Below, piece by piece: positions 30,801 through 49,300 of a stretch of 64,000 nucleotides of DNA. Made by a program: the position numbers and the translations under genes. The stretch spans positions 19,654,001 to 19,718,000 of the forward strand of contig OZ024749.1 in assembly GCA_964016885.1 (NCBI GenBank). Reading direction: 5' to 3'. Numbering within the stretch: position 1 is the first letter of the stretch; each line of letters begins with the position of its first letter. Under the pieces are notes generated by a model. That model did no database searches. It saw nothing but the letters and a program-made list of their open reading frames with translations, and was not told the DNA's origin. Origin of the DNA: Eledone cirrhosa. Its lineage: Eukaryota.

Positions 30801-33800
30801 TGACTGTATTTAGACTATTTATACACTGTTAATGCCTGTATTTACACTATCTATACACTGTTAATGACTGTATTTACACTATCTATACACTGTTAATGAC
30901 TGTATTTACACTATCTATACACTGTTAATGACTGTATTTACACTATCTATACACTGTTAATGACTGTATTTACACTATCTATACACCGTTAATGACTGTA
31001 TTTACACTATCTATACACTGTTAATGACTGTATTAACATTATCTATACACTGTTAATGACTGTATTTACACTATCTATACACCGTTAATGACTGTATTTA
31101 CACTATCTATACACTGTTAATGACTGTATTTACACTATCTATACACCGTTAATGACTGTATTTACACTATCTATACACTGTTATTGACTGTATTTACACC
31201 ATCTATACATTGTTAATGACTGTATTTACACTATCTATACACCGTTAATGACTGTATTTACATTATCTATACACTGTTAATGACTGTATTTATCCTATCT
31301 ATACACCGTTAATGACTGTATTTACATTATCTATACACTGTTAATGACTGTATTTACACTATCTATACACTGTTAATGACTGCATTTACACTATCTATAC
31401 ACCGTTAATGACTGTATTTACACTATCTATACACTGTTAATAACTGTATTTACACTATCTATACACTGTTAATGACTGTATTTACACTATTTATATACTG
31501 TTAATAACTGTATTTACACTATCTATACACTGTTAATGACTGTATTTACACTATCTATACACTGTTAATGACTGTATTTACACTATCTATACACTGTTAA
31601 TAACTGTATTTACACTATCTATACATTGTTAATGACTGTATTTACACTATCTATACACTGTTAATGACTGTATTTACACTATCTATACACTGTTAATGAC
31701 TGTATTTACACTATCTATACACTGTTAATAACTGTATTTACACTATCTATACACTGTTAATAACTGTATTTACACTATCTATACACTGTTAATGACTGTA
31801 TTTACACTATCTATACATTGTTAATGACTGTATTTACACTATCTATACACTGTTAATGTCTGTATTTACACTATTTATACACTGTTAATGACTGTATTTA
31901 CACTATCTATACATTGTTAATGACTGTATTTACACTATCTATACACTGTTAATGACTGTATTTACACTATTTATATACTGTTAATAACTGCATTTACACT
32001 ATCTATACACTGTTAATGACTGTATTTACACTATCTATACACTGTTAATGACTGTATTTACACTATCTATACACTGTTAATAACTGTATTTACACTATCT
32101 ATACATTGTTAATGACTGTATTTACACTATCTATACACTGTTAATGACTGTATTTACACTATCTATACACTGTTAATGACTGTATTTACACTATCTATAC
32201 ACTGTTAATAACTGTATTTACACTATCTATACACTGTTAATAACTGTATTTACACTATCTATACACTGTTAATGACTGTATTTACACTATCTATACATTG
32301 TTAATGACTGTATTTACACTATCTATACACTGTTAATGTCTGTATTTACACTATTTATACACTGTTAATAACTGTATTTACACTATCTATACACTGTTAA
32401 TGACTGTATTTACACTATCTATATACTGTTAATGACTGTATTTACACTATCTATACACTGTTAATGACTGTATTTACACTATCTATACACTGTTAATGAC
32501 TGTATTTACACTATCTATACACTGTTAATGACTGTATTTACACTATCTATACACTGTTAATGACTGTATTTACACTATCTATACACTGTTAATGACTGTA
32601 TTTACACTATCTATACACTGTTAATGACTGTATATACACTATCTATACACTGTTAATGACTGTATTTACACTATCTATACACCGTTAATGACTGTATTTA
32701 CACTATCTATACACCGTTAATGACTGTATTTACACTATCTATACACCGTCAATGACTGTATTTACACTATCTATACACCGTTAATGACTGTATTTACACT
32801 ATCTATACACCGTTAATGACTGTATTTACACTATCTATACACCATTAATGACTGTATTTACACTATCTATAAACCGTGAATGACTGTATTTACACTATCT
32901 ATACATTGTTAATGACTGTATTTACACTATCTATACACTGTTAATGACTATATTTACACTATCTATACACTGTTAATAACTGTATTTACACTATCTATAC
33001 ACTGTTAATGACTGTATTTACACTATCTATACATTGTTAATGACTGTATTTACGCTATCTATACACTGTTAATGACTGTATTTACACTATCTATACACTG
33101 TTAATGACTGTATTAACATTATCTATACACTGTTAATGACTGTATTTACACTATCTATACACCGTTAATGACTGTATTTACACTATCTATACACCGTTAA
33201 TGACTGTATTTACACTATCTATACACCGTTAATGACTGTATCTACACTATCTATACACTGTTAATGACTGTATTTACACTATCTATACACCGTTAATGAC
33301 TGTATTTACACTATCTATACACTGTTAATGACTGTCTTAACATTATCTATACACTGTTAATGACTGTATTTACACTATCTATACATTGTTAATGACTGTA
33401 TTTACACTATCTATACACTGTTAATGACTGTATTTACACTATCTATACACTGTTAATGACTGTACTTACACTATCTATACACTGTTAACGACTGTATTTA
33501 CACTATCTATACACTGTTAATGACTGTATTTACACTATCTATACACTGTTAATGACTGTATATACACTATCTATACACCGTTAATGACTGTATTTACACT
33601 ATCTATGCACCGTTAATGACTGTATTTACACTATCTATACACTGTTAATGACTGTATTTACACTATCTATACACCGTTAATGACTGTATTTACACTATCT
33701 ATACACTGTTAATGACTGTATTTACACTATCTATACACCGTTAATGACTGTATTTACACTATCTATACACCGTTAATGACTGTATTTACACTATCTATAC

Positions 33801-36800
33801 ACCGTTAATGACTGTATTTACACTATCTATACACCGTTAATGACTGTATTTACACTATCTATACACCGTTAATGACTGTATTTACACTATCTATACACCG
33901 TTAATGACTGTATTTACACTATCTATAAACCGTTAATGACTGTATTTACACTATCTATACATTGTTAATGACTGTATTTACACTATCTATACACTGTTAA
34001 TGACTATATTTACACTATCTATACACTGTTAATAACTGTATTTACACTATCTATACACTGTTAATGACTGTATTTACACTATTTATATACTGTTAATAAC
34101 TGCATTTACACTATCTATACACTGTTAATGACTGTATTTACACTATCTATACACTGTTAATGACTGTATTTACACTATCTATACACTGTTAATAACTGTA
34201 TTTACACTATCTATACATTGTTAATGACTGTATTTACACTATCTATACACTGTTAATGACTGTATTTACACTATCTATACACTGTTAATGACTGTATTTA
34301 CACTATCTATACACTGTTAATAACTGTATTTACACTATCTATACACTGTTAATAACTGTATTTACACTATCTATACACTGTTAATGACTGTATTTACACT
34401 ATCTATACATTGTTAATGACTGTATTACACTATCTATACACTGTTAATGTCTGTATTTACACTATTTATACACTGTTAATAACTGTATTTACACTATCTA
34501 TACACTGTTAATGACTGTATTTACACTATCTATATACTGTTAATGACTGTATTTACACTATCTATACACTGTTAATGACTGTATTTACACTATCTATACA
34601 CTGTTAATGACTGTATTTACACTATCTATACACTGTTAATGACTGTATTTACACTATCTATACACTGTTAATGACTGTATTTACACTATCTATACACTGT
34701 TAATGACTGTATTTACACTATCTATACACTGTTAATGACTGTATATACACTATCTATACACTGTTAATGACTGTATTTACACTATCTATACACCGTTAAT
34801 GACTGTATTTACACTATCTATACACCATTAATGACTGTATTTACACTATCTATAAACCGTGAATGACTGTATTTACACTATCTATACATTGTTAATGACT
34901 GTATTTACACTATCTATACACTGTTAATGACTATATTTACACTATCTATACACTGTTAATAACTGTATTTACACTATCTATACACTGTTAATGACTGTAT
35001 TTACACTATCTATACATTGTTAATGACTGTATTTACGCTATCTATACACTGTTAATGACTGTATTTACACTATCTATACACTGTTAATGACTGTATTAAC
35101 ATTATCTATACACTGTTAATGACTGTATTTACACTATCTATACACCGTTAATGACTGTATTTACACTATCTATACACCGTTAATGACTGTATCTACACTA
35201 TGTATACACTGTTAATGACTGTATTTACACTAACTATACACCGTTAATGACTGTATTTACACTATCTATACACTGTTAATGACTGTCTTAACATTATCTA
35301 TACACTGTTAATGACTGTATTTACACTATCTATACATTGTTAATGACTGTATTTACACTATCTATACACTGTTAATGACTGTATTTACACTATCTATACA
35401 CTGTTAATGACTGTACTTACACTATCTATACACTGTTAATGACTGTATTTACACTATCTATACACTGTTAATGACTGTATTTACACTATCTATACACTGT
35501 TAATGACTGTATTTACACTATCTATACATTGTTAATGACTGTATTTACACTATCTATACACTGTTAATGTCTGTATTTACACTATTTATACACTGTTAAT
35601 GACTGTATTTACACTATCTATACATTGTTAATGACTGTATTTACACTATCTATACACTGTTAATGACTGTATTTACACTATCTATACACTGTTAATGACT
35701 GTATTTACACTATCTATACACTGTTAATGACTGTATATACACTATCTATACACTGTTAATGACTGTATTTACACTATCTATACACCGTTAATGACTGTAT
35801 TTACACTATCTATACACCGTTAATGACTGTATTTACACTATCTATACACCGTCAATGACTGTATTTACACTATCTATACACCGTTAATGACTGTATTTAC
35901 ACTATCTATACACCGTTAATGACTGTATTTACACTATCTATACACCATTAATGACTGTATTTACACTATCTATAAACCGTGAATGACTGTATTTACACTA
36001 TCTATACATTGTTAATGACTGTATTTACACTATCTATACACTGTTAATGACTATATTTACACTATCTATACACTGTTAATAACTGTATTTACACTATCTA
36101 TACACTGTTAATGACTGTATTTACACTATCTATACATTGTTAATGACTGTATTTACGCTATCTATACACTGTTAATGACTGTATTTACACTATCTATACA
36201 CTGTTAATGACTGTATTAACATTATCTATACACTGTTAATGACTGTATTTACACTATCTATACACCGTTAATGACTGTATTTACACTATCTATACACCGT
36301 TAATGACTGTATCTACACTATGTATACACTGTTAATGACTGTATTTACACTAACTATACACCGTTAATGACTGTATTTACACTATCTATACACTGTTAAT
36401 GACTGTCTTAACATTATCTATACACTGTTAATGACTGTATTTACACTATCTATACATTGTTAATGACTGTATTTACACTATCTATACACTGTTAATGACT
36501 GTATTTACACTATCTATACACTGTTAATGACTGTACTTACACTATCTATACACTGTTAATGACTGTATTTACACTATCTATACACTGTTAATGACTGTAT
36601 TTACACTATCTATACACTGTTAATGACTGTATATACACTATCTATACACCGTTAATGACTGTATTTACACTATCTATGCACCGTTAATGACTGTATTTAC
36701 ACTATCTATACACTGTTAATGACTGTATTTACACTGATCTATACACCTTTAATGACTGTATTTACACTATCTATACACTGTTAATGACTGTATTTACACT

Positions 36801-39800
36801 ATCTATACACCGTTAATGACTGTATTTACACTATCTATACACCGTTAATGACTGTATTTACACTATCTATACACTGTTAATGACTGTATTTACACTATCT
36901 ATACACTGTTAATGACTGTATTTACACTATCTATACACTGTTAATGACTGTATTTACACTATCTATACACTGTTAATGACTGTATTTACACTATCTATAC
37001 ACTGTTAATGACTGTATTTACACTATCTATACATTGTTAATGACTGTATTTACACTATCTATACACCGTTAATGACTGTATTTACACTATCTATACACTG
37101 TTAATGACTGTATTTAGACTATTTATACACTGTTAATGCCTGTATTTACACTATCTATACACTGTTAATGACTGTATTTACACTATCTATACACTGTTAA
37201 TGACTGTATTTACACTATCTATACACTGTTAATGACTGTATTTACACTATCTATACACTGTTAATGACTGTATTTACACTATCTATACACCGTTAATGAC
37301 TGTATTTACACTATCTATACACTGTTAATGACTGTATTAACATTATCTATACACTGTTAATGACTGTATTTAAACTATCTATACACCGTTAATGACTGTA
37401 TTTACACTATCTATACACTGTTAATGACTGTATTTACACTATCTATACACCGTTAATGACTGTATTTACACTATCTATACACTGTTATTGACTGTATTTA
37501 CACCATCTATACATTGTTAATGACTGTATTTACACTATCTATACACCGTTAATGACTGTATTTACATTATCTATACACTGTTAATGACTGTATTTATCCT
37601 ATCTATACACCGTTAATGACTGTATTTACATTATCTATACACTGTTAATGACTGTATTTACACTATCTATACACTGTTAATGACTGCATTTACACTATCT
37701 ATACACCGTTAATGACTGTATTTACACTATCTATACACTGTTAATAACTGTATTTACACTATCTATACACTGTTAATGACTGTATTTACACTATTTATAT
37801 ACTGTTAATAACTGTATTTACACTATCTATACACTGTTAATGACTGTATTTACACTATCTATACACTGTTAATGACTGTATTTACACTATCTATACACTG
37901 TTAATAACTGTATTTACACTATCTATACATTGTTAATGACTGTATTTACACTATCTATACACTGTTAATGACTGTATTTACACTATCTATACACTGTTAA
38001 TGACTGTATTTACACTATCTATACACTGTTAATAACTGTATTTACACTATCTATACACTGTTAATAACTGTATTTACACTATCTATACACTGTTAATGAC
38101 TGTATTTACACTATCTATACATTGTTAATGACTGTATTTACACTATCTATACACTGTTAATGTCTGTATTTACACTATTTATACACTGTTAATGACTGTA
38201 TTTACACTATCTATACATTGTTAATGACTGTATTTACACTATCTATACACTGTTAATGACTGTATTTACACTATTTATATACTGTTAATAACTGCATTTA
38301 CACTATCTATACACTGTTAATGACTGTATTTACACTATCTATACACTGTTAATGACTGTATTTACACTATCTATACACTGTTAATAACTGTATTTACACT
38401 ATCTATACATTGTTAATGACTGTATTTACACTATCTATACACTGTTAATGACTGTATTTACACTATCTATACACTGTTAATGACTGTATTTACACTATCT
38501 ATACACTGTTAATAACTGTATTTACACTATCTATACACTGTTAATAACTGTATTTACACTATCTATACACTGTTAATGACTGTATTTACACTATCTATAC
38601 ATTGTTAATGACTGTATTTACACTATCTATACACTGTTAATGTCTGTATTTACACTATTTATACACTGTTAATAACTGTATTTACACTATCTATACACTG
38701 TTAATGACTGTATTTACACTATCTATATACTGTTAATGACTGTATTTACACTATCTATACACTGTTAATGACTGTATTTACACTATCTATACACTGTTAA
38801 TGACTGTATTTACACTATCTATACACTGTTAATGACTGTATTTACACTATCTATACACTGTTAATGACTGTATTTACACTATCTATACACTGTTAATGAC
38901 TGTATTTACACTATCTATACACTGTTAATGACTGTATATACACTATCTATACACTGTTAATGACTGTATTTACACTATCTATACACCGTTAATGACTGTA
39001 TTTACACTATCTATACACCGTTAATGACTGTATTTACACTATCTATACACCGTCAATGACTGTATTTACACTATCTATACACCGTTAATGACTGTATTTA
39101 CACTATCTATACACCGTTAATGACTGTATTTACACTATCTATACACCATTAATGACTGTATTTACACTATCTATAAACCGTGAATGACTGTATTTACACT
39201 ATCTATACATTGTTAATGACTGTATTTACACTATCTATACACTGTTAATGACTATATTTACACTATCTATACACTGTTAATAACTGTATTTACACTATCT
39301 ATACACTGTTAATGACTGTATTTACACTATCTATACATTGTTAATGACTGTATTTACGCTATCTATACACTGTTAATGACTGTATTTACACTATCTATAC
39401 ACTGTTAATGACTGTATTAACATTATCTATACACTGTTAATGACTGTATTTACACTATCTATACACCGTTAATGACTGTATTTACACTATCTATACACCG
39501 TTAATGACTGTATTTACACTATCTATACACCGTTAATGACTGTATCTACACTATCTATACACTGTTAATGACTGTATTTACACTATCTATACACCGTTAA
39601 TGACTGTATTTACACTATCTATACACTGTTAATGACTGTCTTAACATTATCTATACACTGTTAATGACTGTATTTACACTATCTATACATTGTTAATGAC
39701 TGTATTTACACTATCTATACACTGTTAATGACTGTATTTACACTATCTATACACTGTTAATGACTGTACTTACACTATCTATACACTGTTAACGACTGTA

Positions 39801-40380
39801 TTTACACTATCTATACACTGTTAATGACTGTATTTACACTATCTATACACTGTTAATGACTGTATATACACTATCTATACACCGTTAATGACTGTATTTA
39901 CACTATCTATGCACCGTTAATGACTGTATTTACACTATCTATACACTGTTAATGACTGTATTTACACTATCTATACACCGTTAATGACTGTATTTACACT
40001 ATCTATACACTGTTAATGACTGTATTTACACTATCTATACACCGTTAATGACTGTATTTACACTATCTATACACCGTTAATGACTGTATTTACACTATCT
40101 ATACACCGTTAATGACTGTATTTACACTATCTATACACCGTTAATGACTGTATTTACACTATCTATACACCGTTAATGACTGTATTTACACTATCTATAC
40201 ACCGTTAATGACTGTATTTACACTATCTATAAACCGTTAATGACTGTATTTACACTATCTATACATTGTTAATGACTGTATTTACACTATCTATACACTG
40301 TTAATGACTATATTTACACTATCTATACACTGTTAATAACTGTATTTACACTATCTATACACTGTTAATGACTGTATTTA
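27840..40380. repeat. Tandem duplication of about 6.3 kb (195-197 monomers): about 27840-34080 and 34081-40380, each containing an internal 1120-bp (35-monomer) offset repeat
   Basis: ACTATGTATAC G at 28899/30019 and 35202/36322 (offsets 1120 and 6303); GTTAACGAC C at 33489/39793 (6304); AACTGCATTT block start at 27841/34081 (6240). Confidence 0.92.
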
Positions 40381-43300
40381 CACTATCTATACATTGTTAA
40401 TGACTGTATTTACACTATCTATACACTGTTAATGACTGTATTTACACTATCTATACACTGTTAATGACTGTATTTACACTATCTATACACTGTTAATGAC
40501 TGTATTTACACTATCTATACACTGTTAATAACTGTATTTACATTATCTATACACTGTTAATAACTGTATTTACACTATCTATACACCGTTAATGACTGTA
40601 TTTACACTATCTATACACCGTCAATGACTGTATTTACACTATCTATACACCGTTAATGACTGTATTTACACTATCTATACACCGTTAATGACTGTATTTA
40701 CACTATCTATACACCGTTAATGACTGTATTTACACTATCTATAAACCGTGAATGACTGTATTTACACTATCTATACATTGTTAATGACTGTATTTACACT
40801 ATCTATACACTGTTAATGACTATATTTACACTATCTATACACTGTTAATAACTGTATTTACACTATCTATACACTGTTAATGACTGTATTTACACTATCT
40901 ATACATTGTTAATGACTGTATTTACACTATCTATACACTGTTAATGACTGTATTTACACTATCTATACACTGTTAATGACTGTATTAACATTATCTATAC
41001 ACTGTTAATGACTGTATTTACACTATCTATACACCGTTAATGACTGTATTTACACTATCTATACACCGTTAATGACTGTATTTACACTATCTATACACCG
41101 TTAATGACTGTATCTACACTATCTATACACTGTTAATGACTGTATTTACACTATCTATACACTGTTAATGACTGTCTTAACATTATCTATACACTGTTAA
41201 TGTCTGTATTTACACTATCTATACATTGTTAATGACTGTATTTACACTATCTATACACTGTTAATGACTGTATTTACACTATCTATACACTATTAATGAC
41301 TGTACTTACACTATCTATACACTGTTAATGACTGTATTTACACTATCTATACACTGTTAATGACTGTATTTACACTATCTATACACTGTTAATGACTGTA
41401 TATACACTATCTATACACCGTTAATGACTGTATTTACACTATCTATGCACCGTTAATGACTGTATTTACACTATCTATACACTGTTAATGACTGTATTTA
41501 CACTATCTATACACCGTTAATGACTGTATTTACACTATCTATACACTGTTAATGACTGTATTTACACTATCTATACACCGTTAATGACTGTATTTACACT
41601 ATCTATACACCGTTAATGACTGTATTTACACTATCTATACACCGTTAATGACTGTATTTACACTATCTATACACCGTTAATGACTGTATTTACACTATCT
41701 ATACACCGTTAATGACTGTATTTACACTATCTATACACCGTTAATGACTGTATTTACACTATCTATAAACCGTTAATGACTGTATTTACACTATCTATAC
41801 ATTGTTAATGACTGTATTTACACTATCTATACACTGTTAATGACTATATTTACACTATCTATACACTGTTAATAACTGTATTTACACTATCTATACACTG
41901 TTAATGACTGTATTTACACTATCTATACATTGTTAATGACTGTATTTACACTATCTATACACTGTTAATGACTGTATTTACACTATCTATACACTGTTAA
42001 TGACTGTATTTACACTATCTATACACTGTTAATGACTGTATTTACACTATCTATACACTGTTAATGACTGTATTTACACTATCTATACACTGTTAATGAC
42101 TGTATTTACACTATCTATACACCGTTAATGACTGTATTTACACTATCTATACACTGTTAATGACTGTATTAACATTATCTATACACTGTTAATGACTGTA
42201 TTTACACTATCTATACACCGTTAATGACTGTATTTACACTATCTATACACCGTTAATGACTGTATTTACACTATCTATACACCGTTAATGACTGTATTTA
42301 CACTATCTATACACTGTTAATGACTGTATTTACACTATCTATACACTGTTAATGACTGTATTTACACTATCTATACATTGTTAATGACTGTATTTACACT
42401 ATCTATACACCATTGACTGTATTTACACTATCTATACACTGTTAATGACTGTATTTACACTATTTATACACTGTTAATGACTGTATTTACACTATCTATA
42501 CACTGTTAATGACTGTATTTACACTATCTATACACTGTTAATGACTGTATTTACACTATCTATACACCGTTAATGACTGTATTTACACTATCTATACACT
42601 GTTAATGACTGTATTAACATTATCTATACACTGTTAATGACTGTATTTATCCTATCTATACACCGTTAATGACTGTATTTACATTATCTATACACTGTTA
42701 ATGACTGTATTTACACTATCTATACACTGTTAATGACTGCATTTACACTATCTATACACCGTTAATGACTGTATTTACACTATCTATACACTGTTAATAA
42801 CTGTATTTACACTATCTATACACTGTTAATGACTGTATTTACACTATTTATATACTGTTAATAACTGTATTTACACTATCTATACACTGTTAATGACTGT
42901 ATTTACACTATCTATACACTGTTAATGACTGTATTTACACTATCTATACACTGTTAATGACTGTATTTACACTATCTATACACCGTTAATGACTGTATTT
43001 ACACTATCTATACACCGTTAATGACTGTATTTACACTATCTATACACCGTTAATGACTGTATCTACACTATCTATACACTGTTAATGACTGTATTTACAC
43101 TATCTATACACTGTTAATGACTGTATTTACACTATCTATACACTGTTAATGACTGTATATACACTATCTATACACCGTTAATGACTGTATTTACACTATC
43201 TATGCACCGTTAATGACTGTATTTACACTATCTATACACTGTTAATGACTGTATTTACACTATCTATACACCGTTAATGACTGTATTTACACTATCTATA

Positions 43301-46300
43301 CACTGTTAATGACTGTATTTACACTATCTATACACCGTTAATGACTGTATTTACACTATCTATACACCGTTAATGACTGTATTTACACTATCTATACACC
43401 GTTAATGACTGTATTTACACTATCTATACACCGTTAATGACTGTATTTACACTATCTATACACCGTTAATGACTGTATTTACACTATCTATACACCGTTA
43501 ATGACTGTATTTACACTATCTATAAACCGTTAATGACTGTATTTACACTATCTATACATTGTTAATGACTGTATTTACACTATCTATACACTGTTAATGA
43601 CTATATTTACACTATCTATACACTGTTAATAACTGTATTTACACTATCTATACACTGTTAATGACTGTATTTACACTATCTATACATTGTTAATGACTGT
43701 ATTTACACTATCTATACACTGTTAATGACTGTATTTACACTATCTATACACTGTTAATGACTGTATTTACACTATCTATACACTGTTAATGACTGTATTT
43801 ACACTATCTATACACTGTTAATGACTGTATTTACACTATCTATACACTGTTAATGACTGTATTTACACTATCTATACACCGTTAATGACTGTATTTACAC
43901 TATCTATACACTGTTAATGACTGTATTAACATTATCTATACACTGTTAATGACTGTATTTACACTATCTATACACCGTTAATGACTGTATTTACACTATC
44001 TATACACCGTTAATGACTGTATTTACACTATCTATACACTGTTAATGACTGTATTTACACTATCTATACACTGTTAATGACTGTATTTACACTATCTATA
44101 CATTGTTAATGACTGTATTTACACTATCTATACACCATTGACTGTATTTACACTATCTATACACTGTTAATGACTGTATTTACACTATTTATACACTGTT
44201 AATGACTGTATTTACACTATCTATACACTGTTAATGACTGTATTTACACTATCTATACACTGTTAATGATTGTATTTACACTATCTATACACCGTTAATG
44301 ACTGTATTTACACTATCTATACACTGTTAATGACTGTATTAACATTATCTATACACTGTTAATGACTGTATTTATCCTATCTATACACCGTTAATGACTG
44401 TATTTACATTATCTATACACTGTTAATGACTGTATTTACACTATCTATACACTGTTAATGACTGCATTTACACTATCTATACACCGTTAATGACTGTATT
44501 TACACTATCTATACACTGTTAATAACTGTATTTACACTATCTATACACTGTTAATGACTGTATTTACACTATTTATATACTGTTAATAACTGTATTTACA
44601 CTATCTATACACTGTTAATGACTGTATTTACACTATCTATACACTGTTAATGACTGTATTTACACTATCTATACACTGTTAATAACTGTATTTACACTAT
44701 CTATACATTGTTAATGACTGTATTTACACTATCTATACACTGTTAATGACTGTATTTACACTATCTATACACTGTTAATGACTGTATTTACACTATCTAT
44801 ACACTGTTAATAACTGTATTTACACTATCTATACACTGTTAATAACTGTATTTACACTATCTATACACTGTTAATGACTGTATTTACACTATCTATACAT
44901 TGTTAATGACTGTATTTACACTATCTATACACTGTTAATGTCTGTATTTACACTATTTATACACTGTTAATGACTGTATTTACACTATCTATACATTGTT
45001 AATGACTGTATTTACACTATCTATACACTGTTAATGACTGTATTTACACTATTTATATACTGTTAATAACTGCATTTACACTATCTATACACTGTTAATG
45101 ACTGTATTTACACTATCTATACACTGTTAATGACTGTATTTACACTATCTATACACTGTTAATAACTGTATTTACACTATCTATACATTGTTAATGACTG
45201 TATTTACACTATCTATACACTGTTAATGACTGTATTTACACTATCTATACACTGTTAATGACTGTATTTACACTATCTATACACTGTTAATAACTGTATT
45301 TACACTATCTATACACTGTTAATAACTGTATTTACACTATCTATACACTGTTAATGACTGTATTTACACTATCTATACATTGTTAATGACTGTATTTACA
45401 CTATCTATACACTGTTAATGTCTGTATTTACACTATTTATACACTGTTAATAACTGTATTTACACTATCTATACACTGTTAATGACTGTATTTACACTAT
45501 CTATATACTGTTAATGACTGTATTTACACTATCTATACACTGTTAATGACTGTATTTACACTATCTATACACTGTTAATGACTGTATTTACACTATCTAT
45601 ACACTGTTAATGACTGTATTTACACTATCTATACACTGTTAATGACTGTATTTACACTATCTATACACTGTTAATGACTGTATTTACACTATCTATACAC
45701 TGTTAATGACTGTATATACACTATCTATACACTGTTAATGACTGTATTTACACTATCTATACACCGTTAATGACTGTATTTACACTATCTATACACGTTA
45801 ATGACTGTATTTACACTATCTATACACCGTCAATGACTGTATTTACACTATCTATACACCGTTAATGACTGTATTTACACTATCTATACACCGTTAATGA
45901 CTGTATTTACACTATCTATACACCATTAATGACTGTATTTACACTATCTATAAACCGTGAATGACTGTATTTACACTATCTATACATTGTTAATGACTGT
46001 ATTTACACTATCTATACACTGTTAATGACTATATTTACACTATCTATACACTGTTAATAACTGTATTTACACTATCTATACACTGTTAATGACTGTATTT
46101 ACACTATCTATACATTGTTAATGACTGTATTTACGCTATCTATACACTGTTAATGACTGTATTTACACTATCTATACACTGTTAATGACTGTATTAACAT
46201 TATCTATACACTGTTAATGACTGTATTTACACTATCTATACACCGTTAATGACTGTATTTACACTATCTATACACCGTTAATGACTGTATTTACACTATC

Positions 46301-49300
46301 TATACACCGTTAATGACTGTATCTACACTATCTATACACTGTTAATGACTGTATTTACACTATCTATACACCGTTAATGACTGTATTTACACTATCTATA
46401 CACTGTTAATGACTGTCTTAACATTATCTATACACTGTTAATGACTGTATTTACACTATCTATACATTGTTAATGACTGTATTTACACTATCTATACACT
46501 GTTAATGACTGTATTTACACTATCTATACACTGTTAATGACTGTACTTACACTATCTATACACTGTTAACGACTGTATTTACACTATCTATACACTGTTA
46601 ATGACTGTATTTACACTATCTATACACTGTTAATGACTGTATATACACTATCTATACACCGTTAATGACTGTATTTACACTATCTATGCACCGTTAATGA
46701 CTGTATTTACACTATCTATACACTGTTAATGAGTGTATTTACACTATCTATACACCGTTAATGACTGTATTTACACTATCTATACACTGTTAATGACTGT
46801 ATTTACACTATCTATACACCGTTAATGACTGTATTTACACTATCTATACACCGTTAATGACTGTATTTACACTATCTATACACCGTTAATGACTGTATTT
46901 ACACTATCTATACACCGTTAATGACTGTATTTACACTATCTATACACCGTTAATGACTGTATTTACACTATCTATACACCGTTAATGACTGTATTTACAC
47001 TATCTATAAACCGTTAATGACTGTATTTACACTATCTATACATTGTTAATGACTGTATTTACACTATCTATACACTGTTAATGACTATATTTACACTATC
47101 TATACACTGTTAATAACTGTATTTACACTATCTATACACTGTTAATGACTGTATTTACACTATCTATACATTGTTAATGACTGTATTTACACTATCTATA
47201 CACTGTTAATGACTGTATTTACACTATCTATACACTGTTAATGACTGTATTTACACTATCTATACACTGTTAATGACTGTATTTACACTATCTATACACT
47301 GTTAATAACTGTATTTACATTATCTATACACTGTTAATAACTGTATTTACACTATCTATACACCGTTAATGACTGTATTTACACTATCTATACACCGTCA
47401 ATGACTGTATTTACACTATCTATACACCGTTAATGACTGTATTTACACTATCTATACACCGTTAATGACTGTATTTACACTATCTATACACCGTTAATGA
47501 CTGTATTTACACTATCTATAAACCGTGAATGACTGTATTTACACTATCTATACATTGTTAATGACTGTATTTACACTATCTATACACTGTTAATGACTAT
47601 ATTTACACTATCTATACACTGTTAATAACTGTATTTACACTATCTATACACTGTTAATGACTGTATTTACACTATCTATACATTGTTAATGACTGTATTT
47701 ACACTATCTATACACTGTTAATGACTGTATTTACACTATCTATACACTGTTAATGACTGTATTAACATTATCTATACACTGTTAATGACTGTATTTACAC
47801 TATCTATACACCGTTAATGACTGTATTTACACTATCTATACACCGTTAATGACTGTATTTACACTATCTATACACCGTTAATGACTGTATCTACACTATC
47901 TATACACTGTTAATGACTGTATTTACACTATCTATACACTGTTAATGACTGTCTTAACATTATCTATACACTGTTAATGACTGTATTTACACTATCTATA
48001 CATTGTTAATGACTGTATTTACACTATCTATACACTGTTAATGACTGTATTTACACTATCTATACACTATTAATGACTGTACTTACACTATCTATACACT
48101 GTTAATGACTGTATTTACACTATCTATACACTGTTAATGACTGTATTTACACTATCTATACACTGTTAATGACTGTATATACACTATCTATACACCGTTA
48201 ATGACTGTATTTACACTATCTATGCACCGTTAATGACTGTATTTACACTATCTATACACTGTTAATGACTGTATTTACACTATCTATACACCGTTAATGA
48301 CTGTATTTACACTATCTATACACTGTTAATGACTGTATTTACACTATCTATACACCGTTAATGACTGTATTTACACTATCTATACACCGTTAATGACTGT
48401 ATTTACACTATCTATACACCGTTAATGACTGTATTTACACTATCTATACACCGTTAATGACTGTATTTACACTATCTATACACCGTTAATGACTGTATTT
48501 ACACTATCTATACACCGTTAATGACTGTATTTACACTATCTATAAACCGTTAATGACTGTATTTACACTATCTATACATTGTTAATGACTGTATTTACAC
48601 TATCTATACACTGTTAATGACTATATTTACACTATCTATACACTGTTAATAACTGTATTTACACTATCTATACACTGTTAATGACTGTATTTACACTATC
48701 TATACATTGTTAATGACTGTATTTACACTATCTATACACTGTTAATGACTGTATTTACACTATCTATACACTGTTAATGACTGTATTTACACTATCTATA
48801 CACTGTTAATGACTGTATTTACACTATCTATACACTGTTAATGACTGTATTTACACTATCTATACACTGTTAATGACTGTATTTACACTATCTATACACC
48901 GTTAATGACTGTATTTACACTATCTATACACTGTTAATGACTGTATTAACATTATCTATACACTGTTAATGACTGTATTTACACTATCTATACACCGTTA
49001 ATGACTGTATTTACACTATCTATACACCGTTAATGACTGTATTTACACTATCTATACACCGTTAATGACTGTATTTACACTATCTATACACTGTTAATGA
49101 CTGTATTTACACTATCTATACACTGTTAATGACTGTATTTACACTATCTATACATTGTTAATGACTGTATTTACACTATCTATACACCATTGACTGTATT
49201 TACACTATCTATACACTGTTAATGACTGTATTTACACTATTTATACACTGTTAATGACTGTATTTACACTATCTATACACTGTTAATGACTGTATTTACA

